Shown here piece by piece: positions 9,214-19,100 of a stretch of DNA of 32,000 nt. The notes under the pieces were generated by a model that saw only the letters and a program-made list of their open reading frames with translations, was not told the DNA's origin and ran no database searches. Each line of letters opens with the position of its first letter. Position 1 is the stretch's first letter. Origin of the DNA: Candidatus Arthromitus sp. SFB-rat-Yit. Its GTDB lineage: Bacteria > Bacillota > Clostridia > Clostridiales > Clostridiaceae. The stretch is taken from the NCBI RefSeq assembly GCF_000283555.1, contig NC_016012.1, positions 660,001-692,000 of the forward strand, read 5' to 3'. The position numbers were made by a program, and so were the translations under genes.

Positions 9214-10084
9214 TACAAAACTTATGGCAATGTGTGCAGAAAAAAATATTGGAATGAGTTTTTGTACTCCATATGGTAAATTTCTCTGTAGAGTGCAAGG
9301 AAAAGTTTCAGGGAATATTTTACTTAGGAAGAAACAGTATAGAATTTCAGATGATGAATATAAGTCTTGTTTGATTGCTAAAAACTTTATCATTGGGAAA
9401 CTTATTAATTATAGAAATGTCTTAAATCGTTTCAAGAGAGATTATGCAGATAAATTTAATAAAAATGTAAAAAAATCGATTGAGTATTTATCTGATACTA
9501 TAAAGAGTGTTTCGAAATGTGAAGATTTGGATAATTTAAGAGGGCTTGAAGGAATTGGAAGTAAATTTTATTTTGAAGTTTTTAATGAATTAATATTGAT
9601 TAATGATGAGAGTTTTAGGTTTGATTCACGAAATAGAAGACCACCTCTTGATAGAGTTAATGCATTACTTTCTTTTGTGTATGTTCTTCTTTCACATGAC
9701 ATGGCATCATCTCTTGAAAGTGTTGGTCTTGATCCTCAAGCAGGATTTCTTCATAGAGATAGGCCAGGCAGAAATGGTTTAGCTCTGGATATGATGGAGG
9801 AATTAAGACCTTATTTATGTGATAGGTTTGTATTAAAATTAATAAACACAAAGGTTATCAAACATAATGATTTTATTGTAAAAGAAAATGGAAGTGTTTT
9901 GATGTTAGAAGACGCTCGTAAGAGCGTACTTACAGCTTGGCAAAAAAGGAAAAAAGATATTATAAAACACCCATTTTTAGGTGAAAAAATAGAAATTGGA
10001 CTTATACCTTATGTTCAGTCTTTATTACTTGCCAGATATTTAAGAGGAGATTTGGAAGAATATCCACCATATTTAATGAAGTGA
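9185..10084 (+). CDS. cas1: Cas1 integrase (type I-C), N-terminally truncated and possibly a pseudogene
   Basis: Clear Cas1 homology (GASTKLMAMCAEKNIGMSF, RRPPLDRVNALLSFVYVLL, GFLHRDRPGRNGLALDMMEELRP, YLRGDLEEYPPYLMK). The frame opens only at 9155, the first possible start is a TTG at 9185 with no SD, and the region overlaps the cas4 3' end. About the first 55 residues seen in typical ~340-aa I-C Cas1 are absent in all frames. Confidence 0.8.
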   Translation: MILIGYQGASTKLMAMCAEKNIGMSFCTPYGKFLCRVQGKVSGNILLRKKQYRISDDEYKSCLIAKNFIIGKLINYRNVLNRFKRDYADKFNKNVKKSIEYLSDTIKSVSKCEDLDNLRGLEGIGSKFYFEVFNELILINDESFRFDSRNRRPPLDRVNALLSFVYVLLSHDMASSLESVGLDPQAGFLHRDRPGRNGLALDMMEELRPYLCDRFVLKLINTKVIKHNDFIVKENGSVLMLEDARKSVLTAWQKRKKDIIKHPFLGEKIEIGLIPYVQSLLLARYLRGDLEEYPPYLMK

Positions 10085-10096
10085 TGAGGTGATACA

Positions 10097-10387
10097 GTGC
10101 TTATTTTGGTTACATATGATGTGAAAATAAATTTTGAAGATGGGGAAAAAAGACTTAGAAAAGTATCTAAAATTTGTGAAAATTATGGAATTAGAGTTCA
10201 AAACTCTGTTTTTGAGTGTGTAGTTGATAATATGCAATTTGAAATGTTGAAGTCAGAGATAGGTAAGGTAATGGATAAGGAACAAGATAGTGTTAGATAC
10301 TATAATTTAGGTAAATCTGGAAGAAATAAGGTGATTCATGTAGGAAGTAAAAATTCTATTGATGTTGAGGATGTTATTATAATTTAA
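10097..10387 (+). CDS. cas2: Cas2
   Basis: 96 aa with a GTG start. MLILVTYDV...LRKVSKICENYGIRVQNSVFEC is the canonical Cas2 fold signature. Confidence 0.92.
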   Translation: MLILVTYDVKINFEDGEKRLRKVSKICENYGIRVQNSVFECVVDNMQFEMLKSEIGKVMDKEQDSVRYYNLGKSGRNKVIHVGSKNSIDVEDVIII

Positions 10388-10469
10388 TTGCGAAGTATAA
10401 GCTTACATAAAATTTCTAGAATGGTTCGCAAGATCTTATTAATACTGAATTAAATAAAATTATTATATG

Positions 10470-10497
10470 TTGAAATTTATAAAAAATTGTGTAAAAT
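10470..10497 (+). promoter_or_regulatory. Candidate leader promoter for the CRISPR array, within the AT-rich leader 10388-10557
   Basis: TTGAAA (10470-10475), 16-nt spacer, TAAAAT (10492-10497) preceded by TG. It lies 60 nt upstream of repeat 1. Confidence 0.35.
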
Positions 10498-10557
10498 TAT
10501 ATTGTTCGCATAAATAGTGTTTTTATTTATGATTGATACTTATTTTAAAATTTAACG

Positions 10558-12035
10558 GTCGCACCTCACGCAGGTGCGTGGATTGAAATCCCCAATTATA
10601 ACACCTGCCGTAATACCTATTACTGTCGCACCTCACGCAGGTGCGTGGATTGAAATTCTAATGTAATTATAAACATCTTTAGTGCTAACTGTCGCACCTC
10701 ACGCAGGTGCGTGGATTGAAATCATATACGATATCCGGAAGAAAATTGCCTGAATAGGTCGCACCTCACGCAGGTGCGTGGATTGAAATAATAAGTAGTG
10801 TTGCATCTAGCATGGGATACTCGTCGCACCTCACGCAGGTGCGTGGATTGAAATTGAAAATAATTTTAAGGAATTGAAAGTAGGGGGAGGTCGCACCTCA
10901 CGCAGGTGCGTGGATTGAAATCATCTTATAATCTGCTATTTGCTTAGCTACATTGTCGCACCTCACGCAGGTGCGTGGATTGAAATATCATCGTTTATAT
11001 TTGTTGATATTACCCCACTTGGTCGCACCTCACGCAGGTGCGTGGATTGAAATCCATGCCCTTGTGGTATTAGTTTTAGACTTGAGGTCGCACCTCACGC
11101 AGGTGCGTGGATTGAAATAACCTTCACTTTTGTGTTTGTAATAAAACTTATGTCGCACCTCACGCAGGTGCGTGGATTGAAATCGAAATTTACTGTTAAA
11201 ACAAATGTTGGCAAAAGTCGCACCTCACGCAGGTGCGTGGATTGAAATTACGAGCTTGGCTCTCTAGTTTTTTCTGTTCTTGTCGCACCTCACGCAGGTG
11301 CGTGGATTGAAATTATATCAGTTGGTGGAGATGGAGAGTCTGGAGGGTCGCACCTCACGCAGGTGCGTGGATTGAAATTTTTGATAGTTTATTAACTACT
11401 TCAAAGTACTTGTCGCACCTCACGCAGGTGCGTGGATTGAAATATGTGGAGGGTTGGAAAGAGGTTTTAGAGTTTATTGTCGCACCTCACGCAGGTGCGT
11501 GGATTGAAATTTTCATTTTTTTACTTTTACTTTTAAAATATAAGTCGCACCTCACGCAGGTGCGTGGATTGAAATGTTAGCTCCATATTGGGACATTCCA
11601 ACACCATGACGTCGCACCTCACGCAGGTGCGTGGATTGAAATACTGGATCTACCTTAGATACAACCACAACCAAAGTCGCACCTCACGCAGGTGCGTGGA
11701 TTGAAATCTTCATAAAATACACAATCTTCAATATAAATATGTCGCACCTCACGCAGGTGCGTGGATTGAAATTCTAATATCATTTTTAACCTTCCTTTTT
11801 TAATTGAGTCGCACCTCACGCAGGTGCGTGGATTGAAATACGTGCATGATGAGATAATACTTGAAACGGATAAGTCGCACCTCACGCAGGTGCGTGGATT
11901 GAAATAAAGAGTATGACGGCGTATTAAGTATACGTTTAGTCGCACCTCACGCAGGTGCGTGGATTGAAATCAGAGTGTCCTGGACAAATTTCAATATTTG
12001 ATCGTCGCACCTCACGCAGGTGCGTGGATTGAAGT
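10558..12035 (+). CRISPR. Type I-C CRISPR array, 23 repeats / 22 spacers
   Basis: The 32-nt repeat GTCGCACCTCACGCAGGTGCGTGGATTGAAAT starts at 10558, 10625, 10691, 10758, 10823, 10890, 10955, 11022, 11087, 11152, 11217, 11282, 11347, 11412, 11479, 11544, 11611, 11676, 11741, 11808, 11874, 11939 and 12004. Spacers are 33-35 nt and all different. Repeats 1-22 are identical and the last ends GAAGT. The repeat has an internal palindrome GCACCT/AGGTGC, and the leader is on the cas2 side. Confidence 0.98.
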
Positions 12036-12044
12036 TGGATTTTA

Positions 12045-12788
12045 TTATTTCATAGAGAGCAAGAGGGTGAGTGAAAAATATATGATTGGTTGATGGATTA
12101 TGTATAAGGCGAGAGAGTGTCTTCCGATCCATTCAAGAAATTTGAATTTACTTGGAGTTAAATATCTGAGTAGATTGTGATGCTTAGCTATTTCATATGA
12201 AAAATATCCAGTGATATATAAAAATATCCATGGCATCAGTGGAAAGTAGTCTGATGAATAAAAGTTTGGCATAGGAAATCCTAAATATGTAGTTAAAGAA
12301 TTTTTGTATAAGTTTCTTGGTAAATTTATAAAATTCAAATTTCCAAATCCGATATTGCCTTTATTGATATTTTTTGTTAATAGAAAAAGGATTGCGAAGA
12401 GAATTAGCCCAAAAGTTTTTGGGAATTTTCCTAAAAATTTTCTTAAAGGAATCATCAAAATCGTAGATGATCCGATTAATGTTAAAATTCCAAATCTTAC
12501 TTGGCTTTGTGGAGTTACGATCATTGTAACAATTTCTATTAAAAATCCGAAAAATAAAATCGTAATGCCTCTCTTGAATTTTTTCCTTCCTAATGGCTCA
12601 CAGAATCCAGAAATAAAAATGAATGTGCAACATATAAATTGCTGCCATATGTATGCAATGTCTGAACTAAACCATTCTATGTTAAATCCTAAGATGTAAA
12701 CAAGATCCCAAATCAAATGATATATGATCATATTTATTACTGCAAATCCACGTACTCCATCTAAAACAAAATATCTTTTGTTTTTCAT
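12045..12788 (-). CDS. Multi-pass membrane protein, HGSNAT/DUF1624-like putative acyltransferase
   Basis: N-terminus RYFVLDGVRGFAVINMIIYHLIWDL matches the DUF1624 signature (R...LD..RG.A...M...H). Multiple hydrophobic segments. The stop lies 10 nt from the last CRISPR repeat. Confidence 0.6.
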   Translation of the reverse strand: MKNKRYFVLDGVRGFAVINMIIYHLIWDLVYILGFNIEWFSSDIAYIWQQFICCTFIFISGFCEPLGRKKFKRGITILFFGFLIEIVTMIVTPQSQVRFGILTLIGSSTILMIPLRKFLGKFPKTFGLILFAILFLLTKNINKGNIGFGNLNFINLPRNLYKNSLTTYLGFPMPNFYSSDYFPLMPWIFLYITGYFSYEIAKHHNLLRYLTPSKFKFLEWIGRHSLALYIIHQPIIYFSLTLLLSMK

Positions 12789-12908
12789 TTTGTCTTATCG
12801 TCCTTTCAAGATTAAATTCATTAAATGTATTTTATAATATAGGATGGGCAAATTATTTACAATACACCAAATGATATTTTTAATAATGAAAATATAAGGG
12901 GAATTTTT

Positions 12909-13226
12909 ATGGGTCCATGGTATTTTGAAGAATCAGAATTTGATGGGGGATTAGCAGAGTTTATAGGAATTAATATATTATCCTTTTTGCTTATTGTTGT
13001 GACTTTGGGGATTGGGCTTCCGTGGGTTATGTGTATGAGGGAAAGGTATACAATTAATCATACGATTGTTAATGGACAAAGGTTGAAATTTATTGGCAAA
13101 GGTGGAAATTTGTTTTTGCATTGGCTTAGATGGATTTTGTTTACAATAATAACTCTTGGGATTTATGGTTTTCTAATAGGAATACGGTTTCGTCAATGGA
13201 AAGCAAAAAATATTGTGTTTGATTGA
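12909..13226 (+). CDS. Small membrane protein, DUF898/YjgN-like repeat unit
   Basis: 105 aa. FDGGLAEFIGINILSFLLIVVTLGIGLPW...RYTINHTIVNGQRLKFIGKGGNLF...IITLGIYGF follows the DUF898 pattern (F.G...E......LL..TLGI..PW...RY...HT..G..L.F.G.G). AAGGGG RBS. Confidence 0.5.
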   Translation: MGPWYFEESEFDGGLAEFIGINILSFLLIVVTLGIGLPWVMCMRERYTINHTIVNGQRLKFIGKGGNLFLHWLRWILFTIITLGIYGFLIGIRFRQWKAKNIVFD

Positions 13227-13242
13227 TGTAAATAAAATTAAG

Positions 13243-13274
13243 TGGTGGTTATTATGGATAACAACCATTTTTTT
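13243..13274 (+). terminator. Candidate rho-independent terminator
   Basis: TGGTGGTTAT / ATAACAACCA stem with 1 mismatch, followed by T7 (13268-13274). Confidence 0.5.
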
Positions 13275-13316
13275 ATAACTAAATAAATTAGTATAGTAGA
13301 ATTGAGTGTTAATTCA

Positions 13317-13325
13317 TGGTATAAT
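13317..13325 (+). promoter_or_regulatory. Candidate extended -10 promoter for hsdMS(R)
   Basis: TGgTATAAT at 13317-13325, 87 nt upstream of the hsdM ATG. No good -35 element. Confidence 0.35.
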
Positions 13326-13411
13326 TATCGATATATTTTTTGAATTTATACAATGTGTTTTTATGCAATTTAAATATTAGATAGGCTATAAAGGAAAGGA
13401 TACGGGGAATA

Positions 13412-14998
13412 ATGGAAGTTGGAATTAGAAACGAACAAGAGAGAGATGAGATTCATCGTGCAATATGGGCGATAGCTGATGAGCTTCGAGGAGCTGTAGA
13501 TGGTTGGGACTTTAAGAATTACATACTTGGTATGATGTTTTATCGTTATATTTCGGAAAATTTGACAAATTATATTAACGATGGAGAGGTTGAGACAAAT
13601 GCTAGTTTTAATTTTGCGGAATGTTCAGATGAAGAGGTAGAAGAGTTAAGAGAAGAAATTATTGACGAAAAAGGTTTTTACATTCCTCCTAGTGAGCTTT
13701 TTGAAAATATACGGAAGAGAAGTAATTCAGATAGCGAATGGGCTAGGTCAAGCTTGAACGAAAAACTTGATTCGGTATTTCGTAATATCGAGCAATCATC
13801 TCAGGGAAGTGAATCTGAAGGTAATTTTGCAGGATTGTTTACAGATTTTGACGTTAATAGCAATAAGCTAGGCTCAAATGTTTACAAGAGAAATGAGAAA
13901 CTTGTAAAGTTGATCAATGGTATAGCTAATATGAATTTAGCATCTATTAAGGATCAAAATATAGATGCTTTTGGTGATGCTTACGAGTATTTGATGGGAA
14001 TGTATGCATCGAATGCTGGCAAATCTGGTGGTGAGTTCTTTACGCCTGCTGCTGTATCTGAACTTTTAACTCGTCTTGGAACGGTTGGGAAGAAGGAAGT
14101 AAACAAAGTCTATGATCCAGCATGTGGGAGTGGTTCGCTTCTTTTGAAGTCGCTTAAGGTTTTGGGTAGAGATGCTGTTTGTGATGGGTTTTTTGGACAA
14201 GAGATCAATATAACGACTTATAATCTTTGTCGTATTAATATGTTTTTGCATGATGTGGGGTTTGACAAATTTAATATTGAATGTGATGATACTTTGGTTT
14301 CTCCGAAACACTGGGATAATCAGCCATTTGATTTGATTGTTTCGAATCCTCCATATTCGATTAAGTGGGAAGGGTCTGACAATGTTACGCTTATTAGTGA
14401 TTTGAGGTTTTCTCCTGCAGGAGTGCTTGCACCGAAGAGTAAAGCGGACCTTGCTTTTGTTATGCATATAATTTCTTGGCTTTCACCGAGTGGTACTGGT
14501 GCGATTGTATGTTTTCCTGGCATTATGTATCGTGGGGGATCGGAGAAAAAGATTCGTGAGTATTTGGTAAACGAAAATTATATTGATTGTATTATTCAAT
14601 TGCCATCAAATTTATTTTTTGGGACTTCTATTGCGACTTGTATCATGATTATGAAGAAAAATAAGAAGAATAACAAAACTCTTTTCATTGATGCGAGTAA
14701 TGAATATGTTAAAGATACGAATAATAACAAACTAAACCAAGAAAACATTAATAGAATTGTTGAAATATTTACAAAGCGTGAGGATATTGATCATATTTCC
14801 CGCTTGGTTAGTTATGAAGAAATTAAAGAGAATGATTTTAATCTTTCTGTATCAACTTATGTTGAGGCTGAAGATACTAGAGAGAAGATTGATATTGTGA
14901 AGCTTAATTCCGAGATAAAAGAGATCGTTTTACGTGAAGAGATGTTAAGGAAAGAAATTGACAAAATTATCGAGGAAATTGAGAGGGACAATGAGTAA
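13412..14998 (+). CDS. hsdM: Type I restriction-modification system, N6-adenine DNA methyltransferase subunit M
   Basis: HsdM N-terminal domain (IWAIADELRG), FFTPAAVSELL, motif I DPACGSGSLLL, motif IV VSNPPYSIKW. Confidence 0.93.
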   Translation: MEVGIRNEQERDEIHRAIWAIADELRGAVDGWDFKNYILGMMFYRYISENLTNYINDGEVETNASFNFAECSDEEVEELREEIIDEKGFYIPPSELFENIRKRSNSDSEWARSSLNEKLDSVFRNIEQSSQGSESEGNFAGLFTDFDVNSNKLGSNVYKRNEKLVKLINGIANMNLASIKDQNIDAFGDAYEYLMGMYASNAGKSGGEFFTPAAVSELLTRLGTVGKKEVNKVYDPACGSGSLLLKSLKVLGRDAVCDGFFGQEINITTYNLCRINMFLHDVGFDKFNIECDDTLVSPKHWDNQPFDLIVSNPPYSIKWEGSDNVTLISDLRFSPAGVLAPKSKADLAFVMHIISWLSPSGTGAIVCFPGIMYRGGSEKKIREYLVNENYIDCIIQLPSNLFFGTSIATCIMIMKKNKKNNKTLFIDASNEYVKDTNNNKLNQENINRIVEIFTKREDIDHISRLVSYEEIKENDFNLSVSTYVEAEDTREKIDIVKLNSEIKEIVLREEMLRKEIDKIIEEIERDNE

Positions 14999-16172
14999 AC
15001 TTGATAAATTGATAAAAGAACTTTGTCCTGATGGAGTTGAGTATTTTAAAGTGGAAACTATTTGTAATATATCAAGAGGTCGAGTGATGTCTAAAAATTA
15101 TTTAAGAAATAATAAGGGAGAATATCCTGTTTATTCATCACAGACTGAAAATGATGGTAAACTTGGAGAAATATCGACATATGACTTTGATGGTGAATAT
15201 ATAACTTGGACAACAGATGGGGCACATGCAGGTTCAGTATTTTATAGATATGGTAAATTTAGTATAACTAATATATGTGGGATGTTAGAAGTTAAGGAAA
15301 AAAGTAAAAACTTAGTTAGATATATTTATTATATTTTAAAATTATATGCAAAAAAATATGTGAATAAAGGAATGGGTAATCCTAAATTGATGAGTAATGT
15401 TATGGGAAGCATAAAAATCCCAATACCACCTCTAGAAATTCAAGAAGAGATTGTACATATTTTAGATTCGTTTACAGAGCTTACAGCAGAGCTTACAGCA
15501 GAGCTTACAGCAGAGCTTACAGCAAGAAAGAAACAGTATGAGTATTATAGAGATAAGCTATTTACGTTTGGTGATGATGTGCCGAGGGTAAAACTCAAGG
15601 ATGTTGCAACGATAATTAGAGGTGGAAATTTTCAGAAAAAAGATTTTAGAGATGAAGGATTTCCATGTATTCATTATGGGCAGATATATACAAAATATGG
15701 AATGAAAGTTAAAAATACAATTAGTTTTGTTGAGGGAGAAATTTTTGAAAAATCAAAGAAAGCTCAGAAGAATGATATCATAATGGCAGTAACGAGCGAA
15801 AATCTTAAAGATTTATGTAAGTGTTTAGTTTGGTTGGGAGATGAAGATGCTGCAATTAGTGGAGATGCTGTAATTATTAAACATAATCAAAACCCATCTT
15901 ATCTAGCTTATTATTTTTATACAGAAATGTTTTTTACGCAAAAACGTAGGTTAGCACATGGAACAAAAGTTATTAGAGTAACTCCGAGTAATTTATTAGA
16001 TATAGAAATTCCTCTTCCCTCCTTAGAAGAACAAGAAAGAATAGTTTCAATACTTGATAAATTTGATAAGCTTTGTAACGATTTAACTGAAGGACTCCCT
16101 GCAGAGATTGAAGCGAGGAAGAAACAATACGAATATTATAGGGACAAGCTTTTGACTTTTAAAGAAAAATAA
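14991..16172 (+). CDS. hsdS: Type I R-M specificity subunit S (type IC-like, two TRDs)
   Basis: The ATG at 14991 overlaps the hsdM stop (ATGAGTAA). The central conserved region is LDSFTELTAELTAELTAELTARKKQYEYYRDKLFTF and the C-terminal conserved region is LDKFDKLCNDLTEGLPAEIEARKKQYEYYRDKLLTF. This duplicated organisation is typical of HsdS. Confidence 0.9.
   Translation: MSKLDKLIKELCPDGVEYFKVETICNISRGRVMSKNYLRNNKGEYPVYSSQTENDGKLGEISTYDFDGEYITWTTDGAHAGSVFYRYGKFSITNICGMLEVKEKSKNLVRYIYYILKLYAKKYVNKGMGNPKLMSNVMGSIKIPIPPLEIQEEIVHILDSFTELTAELTAELTAELTARKKQYEYYRDKLFTFGDDVPRVKLKDVATIIRGGNFQKKDFRDEGFPCIHYGQIYTKYGMKVKNTISFVEGEIFEKSKKAQKNDIIMAVTSENLKDLCKCLVWLGDEDAAISGDAVIIKHNQNPSYLAYYFYTEMFFTQKRRLAHGTKVIRVTPSNLLDIEIPLPSLEEQERIVSILDKFDKLCNDLTEGLPAEIEARKKQYEYYRDKLLTFKEK
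15477..15524 (+). repeat. Perfect in-frame 12-bp tandem repeat GAGCTTACAGCA x4 (ELTA/TAEL x4) in the hsdS central conserved region
   Basis: Direct reading gives units at 15477-15488, 15489-15500, 15501-15512 and 15513-15524. A partial unit ACAGAGCTT lies upstream. Confidence 0.97.
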
Positions 16173-16181
16173 ACAGAAAGG

Positions 16182-19100
16182 GTGATGTATATGTCTTTTT
16201 ATAACGTTGTAGCTGAAACAAATGAAAATACTGTTGTGTATGAATATATTCCTAAGAAAAATCGTTCCGAACACTATCAAAGCGAGGCTGAACTTGAAAA
16301 AGAATTCATTAACATGCTTTGTGAACAAGGATATGAATATCTATCGATTAAAACGGAAAACGATTTGAAAAATAACTTAAGAGAAAAATTGGAAGAGCTT
16401 AATAAATATAAGTTTAGTAATTCTGAATGGAATAGTTTCTTTAAGTCTGTTATAGCAAATCCTAACGAACATATTGTAGAAAAAACCCAAAAAATTCAAG
16501 AGGACAACATACAAGTGTTAAAATGTGACGATGGTTCTTCTAAAAATATAACCCTAATTGATAAAAAGAATATACATAATAATTCTGTTCAAGTTATCAA
16601 TCAATATGTGATTGGGAAAAAAGATGGAGCAAAATATAACAATAGATACGATGTGACCATTCTTGTTAACGGTTTCCCTCTCGTTCATGTGGAATTAAAA
16701 CGTAGAGGGGTTGCCATAAAAGAAGCATTCAATCAAATTAATCGTTATCAGTCCGATAGTTTTTGGGCAGGATGTGGCTTGTATGAATATATTCAAATAT
16801 TTGTTATATCGAACGGCACACATACTAAATATTATTCAAATACTACACGTTTCAACTCCGTCAAAAATTCTAAACAATCTGCATATAGAAACAAAAATAA
16901 AACGAGTAATAGTTTTGAGTTCACTTCTTTTTGGGCAGATGCAAAAAATAAAACTATTGCAGATTTAATTCATTTCACAGAAACATTTTTCGCAAAACAT
17001 ACCATATTAAATATCCTCACGAAATATTGCGTATTTACTTCTGAAAATATTCTCCTCGTTATGCGTCCGTATCAAATAACCGCAACAGAAGCTATCATTA
17101 ATAAAATTAAAATGTCTAATAGTTGTAAAACTTACGGAAGTACTGCAGGAGGTGGATATATATGGCATACAACAGGATCAGGGAAAACACTAACTTCATT
17201 CAAAACTGCGAGAGAAGCCTCTAATCTAAATTTTATTGATAAAGTTTTGTTTGTTGTTGACCGTAAAGATCTTGACTATCAAACCATGAAAGAATATGAC
17301 AGATTTGAAAAAGGTTCAGCAAATAGCAATGTAACGACAAAAATACTTGCAAGACAACTTGAAGATGAAAATTCTAAAATCATAATCACAACCATTCAAA
17401 AACTGTCTACATTCGTTAAGAAAAATCCTGACCATAAAGTCTATAAAAAGCACGTTGTAATTATTTTTGATGAATGTCATAGAAGTCAGTTTGGTGAGAT
17501 GCACACTTCAATAACAAAGAAATTTTCAAAATATTATTTGTTCGGATTCACAGGAACGCCAGTATTTTCAGTTAATGCACTTAAAAAATCAGAAGCATGC
17601 ACAACAGAATATATTTTTGGAGATAAGCTTCATGCGTATACCATTGTAAACGCTATAAATGATAAAAACGTTCTTGGATTTAAAGTTGATTATGTTAGAA
17701 CAATGAATATGCAGCATGAAGATGAAATTGATGATGAAATGGTTAATGATATCGACCGTGAAAAGTTGATGATGCATCCTGAAAGAATAAAAGGTGTGAC
17801 GAAATATATATTGAATAAATTTGATTTAAAAACTTATCGAGGACACAGTAAATATAGTTATTTCCATGATTTATTTACAAATATTTCTGAAATAGTTTCT
17901 AAAGATCATGGAGTTGTAGAAGGAATCAAAGAAAAACAACACATCATTGGATTTAATTCTATTTTTGCAGTTGCCTCTGTTAACATGGCAAAACTTTATT
18001 ATGATGAATTCAAAAGGCAAATGGGAGAAGACCCTAAAAATAAATTGCGTATTGCGACTATATTTAGTTTTGGAGCTAATGAAGAAGAGTATGATGGAGA
18101 TTTGGGAGATGAAAACCCAGAGAATGCTTCATCTCTTGATAAATCTTCTCGTGATTTTCTCGAGGAAGCCATAGAAGATTATAACAAAATGTTCCATACG
18201 AATTATGATACCTCAAGTGAAAAATTTCAAAACTATTATAAAGATGTATCTCTTCGTATGAAGAATAAAGAATTGGATCTTCTTATTGTGGTTAATATGT
18301 TTTTGACAGGATTTGATGCTACTACATTAAATACGCTTTGGGTAGATAAAAATTTAAAAATGCACGGACTTATTCAGGCATTTTCAAGGACTAATCGAAT
18401 TTTTAATTCTGTTAAGAGTCATGGAAATATTGTGTGTTTTAGAAATCTTCAAAAATGTGTTGATGATGCACTCGTGGTTTTTGGAGATGATGATGCAAAA
18501 AGAGTTATTATTTTAAATAGTTTTAAAGATTATTACTATGGATACACAGATAAAGATGGTAAACGAATACCAGGATATTTAGAAATGGTTGAAAAATTGA
18601 AGGAAAATTTCCCTGTTTCGGACCCAAATATTATTGGAGAAAAAAATCAAGAAGAATTTGTATTACTTTTTGGTGCAATTCTTCGTATGCGTAATTTGTT
18701 AATATCGTTTGATGAATTTGCTGGAAAAGAGCTGATAACAGAGCGTGACTTTCAGGATTATCTTGGAAAATATCAAGATATCCGTGATGAATGGAATATT
18801 AAAAGAGATTCTGGAGAAAAAATGGATGTTGGTGATGACGTTGTATTTGAAGTGGAATTTATTAAAGAAATAGAAATCAATATTGATTATATCCTTATGC
18901 TTGTCAAAAAGTATCACGATACTAATTGTAAAGACAAAGAAGTAATTATTACAATAAACAAAGCAATTAACGCAAGCCCTGAACTTCGAAGCAAAAGACA
19001 ACTTATTGAATCGTTCATTAAAACAGTTGATGTAACAGATGATATTTTTAATGAATGGGATAAGTATGTTATATCAAAATATGAAGAAGATGTAGAAAAC

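Noticed and set aside
10388-10440. Inverted repeat TTGCGAA ... TTCGCAA just after cas2, considered as a terminator or regulatory hairpin
   Set aside because: The stem is only 7 bp, with a loop of about 30 nt and no T-tract. This is too weak to call.
10590-12003. Self-targeting spacers against this window
   Set aside because: Comparing the 22 spacers by eye against the rest of the window gave no convincing match. This cannot be excluded genome-wide without a search.
11655-12132. Minus-strand ORFs 11655..11945 and 11947..12132
   Set aside because: They run through the CRISPR array. Their recurring peptide FNPRTCVRCD is simply the translated repeat, so they are not genes.
12304-12699. 131-aa plus-strand ORF, plus similar antisense or embedded ORFs (1069-1314, 1442-1660, 4894-5103, 5267-5470, 6570-6857, 9202-9393, 9657-9851, 14066-14523, 16083-16328, several inside hsdR 16774-19324, 20325-20579, 20794-20988, 21384-21786, 24030-24863, 28597-28914, 31513-31722)
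   Set aside because: All lie entirely within longer ORFs that have clear homology. They have low-complexity, I/F/K/N-rich compositions expected from AT-rich antisense frames and lack an RBS.
14958-14990. Longer hsdS start at 14958 (MTKLSRKLRGT...)
   Set aside because: That extension is just the alternate frame of the hsdM 3' end. The ATG at 14991 forms the typical ATGAGTAA stop/start overlap and begins with an HsdS-like N-terminus (MSKLDKLIKELCPDGVEY).
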